28,469 nucleotides of DNA. Origin: a virus. Its lineage: Duplodnaviria; Caudoviricetes. The notes under the pieces are model-generated. The model worked only from the letters and a program-made list of their open reading frames with translations, did not search any database and had not been told where the DNA came from. The position numbers and the translations under genes were made by a program. The stretch lies in IMG/VR virus record IMGVR_UViG_3300021082_000082, positions 1-28,469 of that record, one strand, 5' to 3'. Below are positions 1 through 8,776 of the stretch, one piece after another; position 1 is the first letter of the stretch, and each line of letters begins with the position of its first letter.

Positions 1-2
1 CT

Positions 3-1655
3 GGCCGCACCATCGGCGGCGTTGCCGGTACCGCGCCACTGGTTGCTGCAGCGCCGGCTGCGTTCGGCGCAGGCTCCCTGCCGTTGATCGCCCGTACCGG
101 CATCGCAGCCCTGTCCGGTGGCGCACTTAGCGGCGCTGACGCCGCAGTCCGCAGCGGCGGCGATCCGACACAGACCGGAATCGGGGCTGGCGTTGGTGCT
201 GTTGCCGGCCCGGTGGGCATGGGCGTGTCGTCGTTATACGGCAAGGCTGCAGCCGCCGCGGCCGACCGGCTGCGTGGCCTGACCGATCCCGGCGGCGCCA
301 TGTCTGGGATCAGCAAGCCGGCGGCGCGCTACGCCTCCGACACCATCGGCGATCCCGCCAAGATGGCGGCACTGCAAGCCGAGATGGCCAGGCTTGGCCC
401 CCAGGCGATGCTGGCGGATGTCTCGCCGGAATGGATGGGCGTGGCGCGTGGCGCCGCCAGCCGGCCAGGCATGCGTGACGACATCGTCAATCCGCTGCTA
501 GCGCGTAATGCCACCAAGAACGCCAGGCTGGCGACTGACCTCGATGCGCTTGGCCGGCCGGTTGATCCGACCCGGGTCGAGGCCAGTATCCGTGAAGGCC
601 AGCAGGCACTGTCGCCGGATTATGAGCGGGTGATTGCCAATGCGCGGGCGGTCGATACGACGCCGTTGGCGCATCGGCTTGACGTTCTCGCCACCAACGA
701 GCGCGGCCCGGCCCAGCGCGTGGCCCGGCAGGTCAGAGAGATGCTCGATGTCACCGGCTCGCCCGGCACGCTTGATCCGCATCCGCGCGTGCTGCTCAAC
801 ACCCGCCAGGCAATCGACGGCATTCTCGGCACCGAAACCGATGCCAACGCCATCCGGGTGCTGTCGGCGGCGCGGCGATACGTCGATGACCAACTGGCGC
901 GGGTTGCTCCCGGCATCAAGGATGTCGATGCCTTCCACCAGGAACTGGCTCGCCAGCGTGAAGCGCTCAATATCGGTGGCACGACCTTCGACACCGGCAA
1001 GACAGTGTCGCGGCCGGCGGCGTTTGCCGAAGATTTTGTCAGAAGCGCCGAGCCGGAAGGTCGATTGATCGGTCCATCTGCTGCGCCGTTTCGTCAGCAA
1101 CAAGGTACCCGCGCCGAAATCGATCGCTTGGTTAGCACTAAGATCAATGATCCGTTGGCGATGCAAAGCGCAGTGAAATCCGAGGGCGATTATCCGCGCG
1201 ACAAGCTGCGGACCATGTTCGGCGAGCGTGCTGACCGGGCGTTGAATGCGGTTGATCGTGAGGCGACATTCGCTCAGACCGGCAACCGTGTCACGGCTGG
1301 CTCCGACACCGGCATGACCAATCGGTTCGGCAATTTTCTCGATGAGGCATCGAAGCCGCTGGAGGTACCGACCAATCTCGGCCTCACCGGTCTCATCGGC
1401 AAAGGCCTGGAGAAGGGCGCCAGGAAACTGTTCGGCATCGATCCCGAGGCCAAGGCGCAGCGCTTCGCCGAGGAGCTCGGCCGGCTTGCGGTGGCGCAAG
1501 GTGCCGAGCGTGATGCCTATATGCGCTCGTTACTCGACCTCGTGAACAAGCGCGGCGTACTGACGCCGATCGAGAACAACGCGAAAGAGGCGATGCGCGC
1601 GTTGATCATATCGGCGGCGGGCAACCGCGCGCCATTTGAGGCGCCGCGCAAGTAG
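3..1655 (+). CDS. Putative internal virion / DNA ejection protein (5'-truncated)
   Basis: The frame of ORF 84..1655 is open back to position 3, so the gene starts upstream of the window. The product is Ala/Gly-rich and helical and lies just before the tail-fibre block, where podoviruses place ejection proteins. Function is inferred from position. Confidence 0.5.
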   Translation, partial: GRTIGGVAGTAPLVAAAPAAFGAGSLPLIARTGIAALSGGALSGADAAVRSGGDPTQTGIGAGVGAVAGPVGMGVSSLYGKAAAAAADRLRGLTDPGGAMSGISKPAARYASDTIGDPAKMAALQAEMARLGPQAMLADVSPEWMGVARGAASRPGMRDDIVNPLLARNATKNARLATDLDALGRPVDPTRVEASIREGQQALSPDYERVIANARAVDTTPLAHRLDVLATNERGPAQRVARQVREMLDVTGSPGTLDPHPRVLLNTRQAIDGILGTETDANAIRVLSAARRYVDDQLARVAPGIKDVDAFHQELARQREALNIGGTTFDTGKTVSRPAAFAEDFVRSAEPEGRLIGPSAAPFRQQQGTRAEIDRLVSTKINDPLAMQSAVKSEGDYPRDKLRTMFGERADRALNAVDREATFAQTGNRVTAGSDTGMTNRFGNFLDEASKPLEVPTNLGLTGLIGKGLEKGARKLFGIDPEAKAQRFAEELGRLAVAQGAERDAYMRSLLDLVNKRGVLTPIENNAKEAMRALIISAAGNRAPFEAPRK

Positions 1656-1670
1656 CATTGGATCACACAG

Positions 1671-2696
1671 ATGGCCGGCACGATCCCACTGTCAATGACA
1701 CAGCAATTCGACCCGCTGGGCAATCCGTTGTCCGGGGGCCTGCTGTATTTCTTCGTCGCTGGCACGGTGTCGACGCCGCAGAATGCATTCAAGGATTTGT
1801 CGCTGACCTTGGCGCACCCCAACCCACTCACGCTCGATGTCGCCGGCCGGGTGCCGCAACTGTTCTTCGCCGATGGGTTGATCAAGATCCGGCTGACCGA
1901 CAGCTCTGGCGTGGTGCAACTTGCCGTCGACAACGTCCAGGTGATCGGCGCCTCGTCCGGTGGCGGTGGCGGTGGCGCGATTGACGCGACCACCGTCGCC
2001 CAGACCGGCGACATCAAGAAACGCTACGGCACCGGCATCCACACCGGCTGGGTTCGCTGCAACGGCCGCACCATCGGCGGTTCACTGTCGAGCGCCACCG
2101 AGCTCGCCGATCCATCGGCACAGGCGTTGTTCATCTATCTGTGGGGTGTCGATGCCAATCTTGCAGTCAGCGGCGGCCGCGGTTCGTCAGGGCTCGCCGA
2201 TTACAACGCCGGCAAGCAAATAAGCCTGCCGGATGCCAGGGGCTACACGCTCGCCGGAATGGATGACATGGGCAACACCGCGGCCGGGGTGCTGAGTGCA
2301 TATTTCGGCGCCAGCACGACACTCGGGGCGCGTGGTGGTGTTCAGTATCACACCCTGACGGCAGCGCAGCAGGCCTCGATGAGCGGGAGTGCTTCTGTTT
2401 CTATTTCTGGTTCGGGCACAACGGGATATTCGATCGACGACATCAACCACGTCCATCACTTCCAAGAGACTGCGGTGGTTGGCGGACAATTTTCAATTGC
2501 GAGCGCCGGCAGTCCTTGGGGCCCTGTGACTGTTGATCGTAATACCGATGGCCCGTCGGGCAAGGATCTCAATGCTCATCGCCACGATGTCAGCATCAGC
2601 GGCAGCGGCAGCGGCAGTGCGTCGGTGACTGGAGGAGGTCAGGCGCATCATAACGTGCAGCCGACCATGGTCGTCACCTTCTACATCAAACTCTAG
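1671..2696 (+). CDS. Tail fibre protein with N-terminal virion anchor and tail-collar-like domain
   Basis: N-terminus QFDPLGNPLSGGLLYFFVAGT...PNPLTLDVAGR resembles podoviral fibre anchors. TGDIK...GWVRCNG...LPDARG and C-terminal GGGQAHHNVQP...FYIKL are tail-collar hallmarks. HxH motifs are present. Confidence 0.75.
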   Translation: MAGTIPLSMTQQFDPLGNPLSGGLLYFFVAGTVSTPQNAFKDLSLTLAHPNPLTLDVAGRVPQLFFADGLIKIRLTDSSGVVQLAVDNVQVIGASSGGGGGGAIDATTVAQTGDIKKRYGTGIHTGWVRCNGRTIGGSLSSATELADPSAQALFIYLWGVDANLAVSGGRGSSGLADYNAGKQISLPDARGYTLAGMDDMGNTAAGVLSAYFGASTTLGARGGVQYHTLTAAQQASMSGSASVSISGSGTTGYSIDDINHVHHFQETAVVGGQFSIASAGSPWGPVTVDRNTDGPSGKDLNAHRHDVSISGSGSGSASVTGGGQAHHNVQPTMVVTFYIKL

Positions 2697-2707
2697 ATGA
2701 GATCCTG

Positions 2708-3049
2708 ATGTACCAGATTACATTCCCGCCAACGTCCAATCGCGCCAGTTGGCTGTTCATCGGCCAGGTGATTGATTTCGACAACGCGCCAATCGACATC
2801 GAAAACTGCACGATGGAATTTCAGATCAGCGATCAGCAGGGCGGGCCACGGCTGCTCGCCTCGACCGCCAACGGCAAGATCACCTATGTCGACATCGGTA
2901 CGTTCCGTTGGTTCTTCACGCTCGACGAGATGCGCGGGCTGTGGCCTGGCACCTACGACACCGGGCTGACGCTCACCAATGATGACGGCACGCAGACTTT
3001 GCAGCTCAGCGTCGGCCCATTGCCGATCGTCGATGGGGTGGTGCCGTGA
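2708..3049 (+). CDS. Small virion adaptor protein (BppU N-terminal-like beta domain)
   Basis: 113 aa, beta-rich, with D-x-D-x-x-P-I-D and G-T-Y-x-x-x-L patterns. GTGA overlap with the next gene. Confidence 0.5.
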   Translation: MYQITFPPTSNRASWLFIGQVIDFDNAPIDIENCTMEFQISDQQGGPRLLASTANGKITYVDIGTFRWFFTLDEMRGLWPGTYDTGLTLTNDDGTQTLQLSVGPLPIVDGVVP

Positions 3050-4917
3050 CCGATCTGCCTGACGTTAAACTGAAAGCGCTGGTCTCGTTTCCCGCCAACA
3101 TCGTCGACGGCGCCGGCATCGATGTCACTAAGACCAACGGCAGGTTCAAATTCGATCTCGCCTACGACGACTTTACGCCGCCGGTCATGGGTGTGCCCGA
3201 CGCCGCCCATCAGAATGTGCTGTTGTGGAACGACACCACGCATGTCTTTGTGCTGGCTCCGATCACGGTGGTCGGGGCCGGCGGCGGTGTCCCCGAGGCG
3301 CCAAATGATGGGACGCAATATGGTCGACAAAGCCTGAACTGGACGCCGGTCGCCACCGGCTCCAGCGTGTCGCCGAGCAACACCTCCCCGATCATGGACG
3401 GCACTGCGGCGCCGGGAACGTCGCTACTGTACACCCGTAGCGATCATGTCCATCCGTCCGATACCACCAAGATCGGCGAGGCTCCGCTCGACGGCCAAGC
3501 CTATAATCGTCGGAGCTCGGCGTGGGCGGTGGCGACCGCGGGCGTCACGCCCAGCAATGTCAACCCCATCGTCGACGGCAGCGCAACACCCGGCGTCTCG
3601 GCCCTGTACTCGCGCGGCGATCACGTTCACCCGACCGACAGCACCCGGCAGGCGGCCGACACCGACTTGACCGCGGTCGCGGCCTTGTCCGGTATCGGTA
3701 TCGCGCGGCGCACATCATCGGCGCCGTCATGGTCGGTTGGCGACACAGTGGTAAACGGTGAACTCAACGTGATGCCGGCGTTTACCCTGAAGGGCAACAA
3801 TTTCGGCGGGCTGGCTTCGCCCACCGATGTCGACATCGCTTCGCTGGTGTCAAAGACCAGTCCGAGCGGCGGCGATTACGTTCTGTTGTCGGATCAGGCG
3901 GCATCCGGCGCCTGGAAAAAATTGCCGGTGGCCAATTTCCCCGGCGCTTCCGGCGGCATCAGCGAAGCTCCAAATGACGGCCAGCAATATGGCCGCCAGT
4001 CGTTAGGCTGGACGCTGCTGTCCGGCGGCGGGGTTTCGCCAAGCGGTGCGCTGCCGATAATGGACAGTGCCGCCAATGCCGGCATCTCGGCATTGTATTC
4101 ACGCGGCGATCACGTCCATCCATCGGACACGACACGACAGCCGCTCGACACTGAATTGACGGCGCTGGCAAGCGTCAGCAGCGCCGCCAACATGGTGCCG
4201 TACTTTACCGGCGTCGGCACGGCGGGAACGACCTCGTTCACGGCGTTCGCTCGCACCCTGGTCGATGACGTTGACGCATCGACCGCACGGGGCACGCTGG
4301 GTTTGACCGGCGCAGCAATCTCGACACCGGCAGCGCTGACCAAGACCGACGACACCAACGTCACCTTGACCTTGGGCGGTACCCCGGCAACGGCATTGCT
4401 GCAAGCCTCCAGCATCACGGCTGGCTGGTCCGGCACCTTGGCGACAACACGTGGCGGCTGGGGCCTCGACATCAGTGCCTCTAGTGGCGTGCCGGTGTTC
4501 ACCGCGGGCGCGCCGACCTTCACCGGGATCGCCACCGCGGCTGAATACATCAGCAACAGTGCGCCGACCAAGATACTCACGCCTGGGGCGCCGTGGAGCG
4601 CTGCCGCGCCTGTAGCGCTGAGCGGCGCATCGGCAACGCCAAACTTGAATGCCGGTATCGATTTCATCTGGACGATGAGCTCGGCGACCTCGACCCTGGT
4701 CAATCCGACCGGGCCGAAGCCAGGCCAGAAGGGCATGATCTACCTGGTGCAGGATGCCACCGGCAACCGCGCCATCACCACCTGGGGCAGCTTCTACAAA
4801 TTCCCCGGCGGCATCAAGCCGACGCTGTCGACCGCCGCCAATGCCATCGACGTGATCTCGTTCGCAGTGAAATCATCGACCGAGGTCGAGTGTTTCTTCG
4901 CAGCCGGGATGGCGTAA
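3046..4917 (+). CDS. Tail fibre protein with internal repeats
   Basis: Three EAPxDGxxYxRxxxxW motifs and three PIxDxxAxxGxSxLYxRxDHVHPxD motifs. C-terminal LVQDATGNR...FPGG.KPTLSTAANAIDVISF is a common phage fibre domain. The N-terminal ~80 aa are paralogous to 11195..12706. Confidence 0.75.
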   Translation: MTDLPDVKLKALVSFPANIVDGAGIDVTKTNGRFKFDLAYDDFTPPVMGVPDAAHQNVLLWNDTTHVFVLAPITVVGAGGGVPEAPNDGTQYGRQSLNWTPVATGSSVSPSNTSPIMDGTAAPGTSLLYTRSDHVHPSDTTKIGEAPLDGQAYNRRSSAWAVATAGVTPSNVNPIVDGSATPGVSALYSRGDHVHPTDSTRQAADTDLTAVAALSGIGIARRTSSAPSWSVGDTVVNGELNVMPAFTLKGNNFGGLASPTDVDIASLVSKTSPSGGDYVLLSDQAASGAWKKLPVANFPGASGGISEAPNDGQQYGRQSLGWTLLSGGGVSPSGALPIMDSAANAGISALYSRGDHVHPSDTTRQPLDTELTALASVSSAANMVPYFTGVGTAGTTSFTAFARTLVDDVDASTARGTLGLTGAAISTPAALTKTDDTNVTLTLGGTPATALLQASSITAGWSGTLATTRGGWGLDISASSGVPVFTAGAPTFTGIATAAEYISNSAPTKILTPGAPWSAAAPVALSGASATPNLNAGIDFIWTMSSATSTLVNPTGPKPGQKGMIYLVQDATGNRAITTWGSFYKFPGGIKPTLSTAANAIDVISFAVKSSTEVECFFAAGMA

Positions 4918-5268
4918 ATGCTTCCCGGCCTGATGCCGGTCCCGGCCATTCTTGCCATTGGCGCGATCGGCGGCGTCACCGGAACGCCGATCGGATTATT
5001 GCTGGCGCTGACCAAGGAAATACCCGCAACCGGCGGCAGCGTCACCGGAACGCCGATCGGTTTGCTGCTCAGCCTGACCAAGGAAATACCTGGCACGGGC
5101 GGCGGTGGCGGCGGTGGCGTCACCACCGGGATGCCGATGGGCTTGCTGCTCGCTCTGACCAAGGAAACATCCGTTGGCTATACATCCGGCGAGTTTGTCG
5201 ATGACGACGGCGAGACATCATTCTTTGATGACGACGGCGCCACCGAATTCATAGACGACGCCGGCTGA
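4918..5268 (+). CDS. Hypothetical virion-associated protein with three internal repeats and an acidic tail
   Basis: ATG directly follows the upstream stop. Three TG(T/M)P(I/M)GLLL(A/S)LTKE repeats; C-terminal FxDDDG repeats. Confidence 0.55.
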   Translation: MLPGLMPVPAILAIGAIGGVTGTPIGLLLALTKEIPATGGSVTGTPIGLLLSLTKEIPGTGGGGGGGVTTGMPMGLLLALTKETSVGYTSGEFVDDDGETSFFDDDGATEFIDDAG

Positions 5269-5290
5269 ACTCTAACAAAGGCATTCCAAC

Positions 5291-6085
5291 ATGGCAGACA
5301 ATGTAACCATTACTCCGGGAACAGGCGCGACGGTTTCTGCCGACGACATCGGCAGCGGTGTTCTTGTTCAACGGGTCAAGGCCACATGGGGCCCGGATGG
5401 CACTGCGAACGATGCCGATGTCGCGACCGGCAAACCATTGCCGGTGCAATTGCGGGCTTCGACCGGACAGGCGCTGGCCGACACCACGGGCCTGCTGATC
5501 AGCACGACGCAGGTTGCCACTCTGGTCACGTCCGCACAGGTTATCGCCACGCCGGGCGCTCAAGTCGTCACGCTGCCGACCGACGTTCCGGTGCCTGCGG
5601 CCGGCACGGTTGCCCACGACGGCGCGGACACCGGCAACCCGCTCAAGATCGGCGCGCGGGCACGCAGCTCGGAAATTGCCGCGGTCGCCAACAATGATCG
5701 CTCCGATCTCCTGACCGACCTGGTCGGCAAGCTGCTTGTCCTGCCGTATTCGAATCCGGAGAATTTTGTTTCCGGCACCACGGCGGCAATGACCGGCACG
5801 ACCACTACGTCGCTCATTGCTGCCCCGGCTTCCGGCTTGCGTAACTACATCACGCAGATCACCGTCAGCAACTCACACGCGACCGTGGGAACGGATGTTC
5901 TCATCCAAGACGGCAGCGGCGGAACGACGCTCTACGTGATCCCGGCGGCGGCGGTGTACGGCGGTGCTGTCCTCACGTTCCCCGCGCCGCTGCGACAACC
6001 AACGACGGCAACGGCGATCTTCTGCGCCAATGTCACGACCGGGGCCAGCACCAAGGTTTCTGCGTCCGGTTACAAGGGAGCCTGA
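5291..6085 (+). CDS. Putative virion structural / fibre-associated protein
   Basis: 264 aa, Thr/Ala/Gly-rich with a beta-rich C-terminus; AAAGG upstream of the ATG; lies inside the tail module. Confidence 0.55.
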   Translation: MADNVTITPGTGATVSADDIGSGVLVQRVKATWGPDGTANDADVATGKPLPVQLRASTGQALADTTGLLISTTQVATLVTSAQVIATPGAQVVTLPTDVPVPAAGTVAHDGADTGNPLKIGARARSSEIAAVANNDRSDLLTDLVGKLLVLPYSNPENFVSGTTAAMTGTTTTSLIAAPASGLRNYITQITVSNSHATVGTDVLIQDGSGGTTLYVIPAAAVYGGAVLTFPAPLRQPTTATAIFCANVTTGASTKVSASGYKGA

Positions 6086-6086
6086 C

Positions 6087-6743
6087 GTGGGTTCCTTGAC
6101 GCTTCTAGGTGCGGGTTACCAGCCTGTTGTTGGCGGTGGCGGGGGGAGCACGGTCACATGGAATCCGGCAACGACGGTCAGCCCCATCGTTCTGTCCAAT
6201 GGGAATCTTACGGCGTCCATCACGCTTCCCGACAACAACAATTATACCGCGACGGCTACCGGCGGCAGCGTTGCCGCGAGCCAGAAGAAATATTGGGAGA
6301 TTTTGGGAAATACCATCGATAACCACTCAGTCGCCATAGGGGTTGGTTTTGTCGATGGCAGCTTTGTCGCCTCCTCGGGCAACTTTCTTGGGAGTGATGG
6401 TCACAGTCTCGGTTACTACAACGTTGCCGGGGATATCTACACAGGCGGCAGCAGTCCAGGCACTTACGGCGCTTGGTTTACAAACGGAGATGTCATCGGC
6501 CTTGCCGTCGACACGGTGAACAGCAAGATTTGGGTTAGAGTAAACAGCGGTGACTGGAATTTCGATGTCATAGGGAACCAGAATCCGGCAACGAATACCG
6601 GCGGCGTGTCGTTCTCGCTGACGGCCCCGCTCTATCCGGCATTGGTTTTCAGGGCCGCGGCAAGCAACGTGTACCAACTGACCGCGCGGTTCACGTCTGC
6701 GAGCTGGACGCAGACGGCACCGTCCGGGTTCACTCAACTATGA
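6087..6743 (+). CDS. SPRY/B30.2-like (ConA-fold) virion protein
   Basis: GTG at 6087 follows SD AAGGGAG and is more plausible than 5964. Motifs LSNGNLTA, KKYWEI, GDVIGLAVD, KIWVRVN and LYPAL match SPRY domains. Confidence 0.7.
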   Translation: MGSLTLLGAGYQPVVGGGGGSTVTWNPATTVSPIVLSNGNLTASITLPDNNNYTATATGGSVAASQKKYWEILGNTIDNHSVAIGVGFVDGSFVASSGNFLGSDGHSLGYYNVAGDIYTGGSSPGTYGAWFTNGDVIGLAVDTVNSKIWVRVNSGDWNFDVIGNQNPATNTGGVSFSLTAPLYPALVFRAAASNVYQLTARFTSASWTQTAPSGFTQL

Positions 6744-8773
6744 CCTCGGTTTTGCCTCTGCGGTTCAGGCTGGCTGTTACTTCATCACCATCTACGCCCG
6801 TCAATAGTGTTCCCCCTGCCGTTACCGGAACACTTATGGCGGGTGACACGCTGACAACGAATAACGGAACGTGGACCGGTACCGGGATCACCTACACCTA
6901 TCAGTGGCGCTATTCACCGTCCGGCTCGGCAATCTCTGGTGCAACCGGCACAACCTATGTCATCCAGGTCGGGGACACCGGCAGCCTTGTCTACTGCGTC
7001 ATAACGGCCACCAACACAGGCGGAATGGCATCCGCCAACTCCAATGTGGTGGGGCCGCTCAATGCGGTAACGACATATGACGGATTCGCGGCCACGCACG
7101 GCAATCTATCGACTCACAGAAGCGGAATCACCAACGCGAACGTGCGTTCGGGACATTGGGCCAGAACGAACATCACGCAATTGAAGATCGTATGCCACAA
7201 CTATCTATTGGGCGAGAGCGTGCCCGGCGCGACGATGGGGGTGACCGCAAGCGTCGAGTACCCGCCCAGGAATTTGACTCAGATACTGTTCAGCGCGTCA
7301 TCATCCGGCACTGCGCCCAACGGCGGTACGTTGATCTCCGACTACGTTACGCCGTCAGTTCCTATTCCGAACGGCGATAGGTTCTGGATCAGGCTACATC
7401 AGACTTGCAGTGTTGGGCTTGTTTATCTTCCCGCCACCGCTATCGATACTCACACCGAGTTCATGGGCGATTGCTACGAAGACAGCGCAACCGACCGCAC
7501 CATGACGGGTGAAGTACCCGCCGCAGAAAGCTCGGTTGCGTACTATCCAGTCGTCATTGCGCCAATGACCACGCCATCGGTCCTTATTCTCGGCGATAGC
7601 ATCGATGCCGGCGTGGCAGACGTTCTCGATGCTGACGGTGATATGGGGATCATCGCGCGGACAGTCGGCCCTCAGTTCGGCTACTTCAACGCGGCAATGG
7701 CGAGCGAAACCGCCGCGGGCTTCGTGTCCAGCCATACGCAACGGCTGCTGTTGAGCAATTGCACCCACGTCTTTGTGGGCCACGGCACGAACGACATCTT
7801 TGCTGGAGACTCCAAGACGACGATCGAGGGGAACTTAAACACGATTTATGGCCTGTGCAGCGGCAAGACCGTCTTCCAGCGGACCATGGTCCCGCGCACG
7901 CAATCGTCCAATGGCTGGATTGACACTGTGAACCAGACTGTTGGCGACGGTTCAGGCGGTGCAGCGGCGCACGAAGCCGTTCGTGTCGCGCTTAACGCCG
8001 ACCTGCGCTCCAGCTTCGCCCCAACGGGGGGCGTCTTCGATGTCGGCGCGGCGGTCGAGACCAGCGCCAAATGGATTGCCAACAAGACCAGTGACGGCAC
8101 TCATCCAAACTATGCCGGCTATCAGAGCATCAAGGCGAGTGGCGCAATCAACACGTCGCTCATTGGAACTCCAGCAACCCCGGCTACAGAGACAGGCAGC
8201 GCCTGGGGGGACCACGGCACAAAGATAACTCTCAGCACGAGGCGTCGTGCCAACGACACGGCGATCCCAGACGGCACCAGCAGCAACACCACAGCGCGTG
8301 GCGCATCGGGCAATAGTTCCGGCCTGAAGTATTTCGAGTTAGAATTGCTGCGGCAAGCGAGCTTGATAATGGGCCTGATGACCGGAGCGGCCTCTACGGG
8401 CGCGGCACTCGATGACTACGTTGGCAGCATTACCGATAGCTTCGGCCTGGCCAACGGCGCAGCCTACGCACCAGGTGGCAGCATCTTTACGCCCACGAGC
8501 GTAGGCGCCTTTACCAACATATTGAATGCTGGCGACGTGTTTGGATGGGCCGTCGATTTCACCAGCAAATTTGTCTACCTCCATCGCAACGGCGTCTGGT
8601 TTCTAAGTGGCAATCCTGCTTCCGGGGGCTCAGGAACCGGAAACGTAGCGCGGTGGACCGGCACGCCGACCCTGTATCCCGGCTTGAGCCTCTACGGCAA
8701 TTCCAGCGTCCGGTTGCGAACCGGCACACTTTTGTATCCGCTGCCTGGCGGCGGCTATTCGGCGTGGGGGTAA
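6740..8773 (+). CDS. Multidomain receptor-binding protein: Ig-like + SGNH/GDSL esterase + SPRY
   Basis: Ig-like PAVTGT...GTWTG...YTYQW...VYCVITATN. SGNH blocks ILGDSI, GHGTND, DGTHP. C-terminal KYFEL...GDVFGWAVDF...LYPGLS. ATGA overlap with the upstream gene. Confidence 0.75.
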   Translation: MTSVLPLRFRLAVTSSPSTPVNSVPPAVTGTLMAGDTLTTNNGTWTGTGITYTYQWRYSPSGSAISGATGTTYVIQVGDTGSLVYCVITATNTGGMASANSNVVGPLNAVTTYDGFAATHGNLSTHRSGITNANVRSGHWARTNITQLKIVCHNYLLGESVPGATMGVTASVEYPPRNLTQILFSASSSGTAPNGGTLISDYVTPSVPIPNGDRFWIRLHQTCSVGLVYLPATAIDTHTEFMGDCYEDSATDRTMTGEVPAAESSVAYYPVVIAPMTTPSVLILGDSIDAGVADVLDADGDMGIIARTVGPQFGYFNAAMASETAAGFVSSHTQRLLLSNCTHVFVGHGTNDIFAGDSKTTIEGNLNTIYGLCSGKTVFQRTMVPRTQSSNGWIDTVNQTVGDGSGGAAAHEAVRVALNADLRSSFAPTGGVFDVGAAVETSAKWIANKTSDGTHPNYAGYQSIKASGAINTSLIGTPATPATETGSAWGDHGTKITLSTRRRANDTAIPDGTSSNTTARGASGNSSGLKYFELELLRQASLIMGLMTGAASTGAALDDYVGSITDSFGLANGAAYAPGGSIFTPTSVGAFTNILNAGDVFGWAVDFTSKFVYLHRNGVWFLSGNPASGGSGTGNVARWTGTPTLYPGLSLYGNSSVRLRTGTLLYPLPGGGYSAWG

Positions 8774-8776
8774 AGA

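Noticed and set aside
498-1499. Long antisense ORFs (498..1499, 8630..9649, 10652..11575 and similar)
   Set aside because: They are shadows of GC-rich sense genes, with Arg-rich, motif-free translations.
5964-6086. N-terminal extensions from the ORF track (5964, 15564, 19842, 20673, 22589)
   Set aside because: They overlap upstream genes or regulatory DNA, or lack an SD; downstream starts with better SD or promoter context were used.
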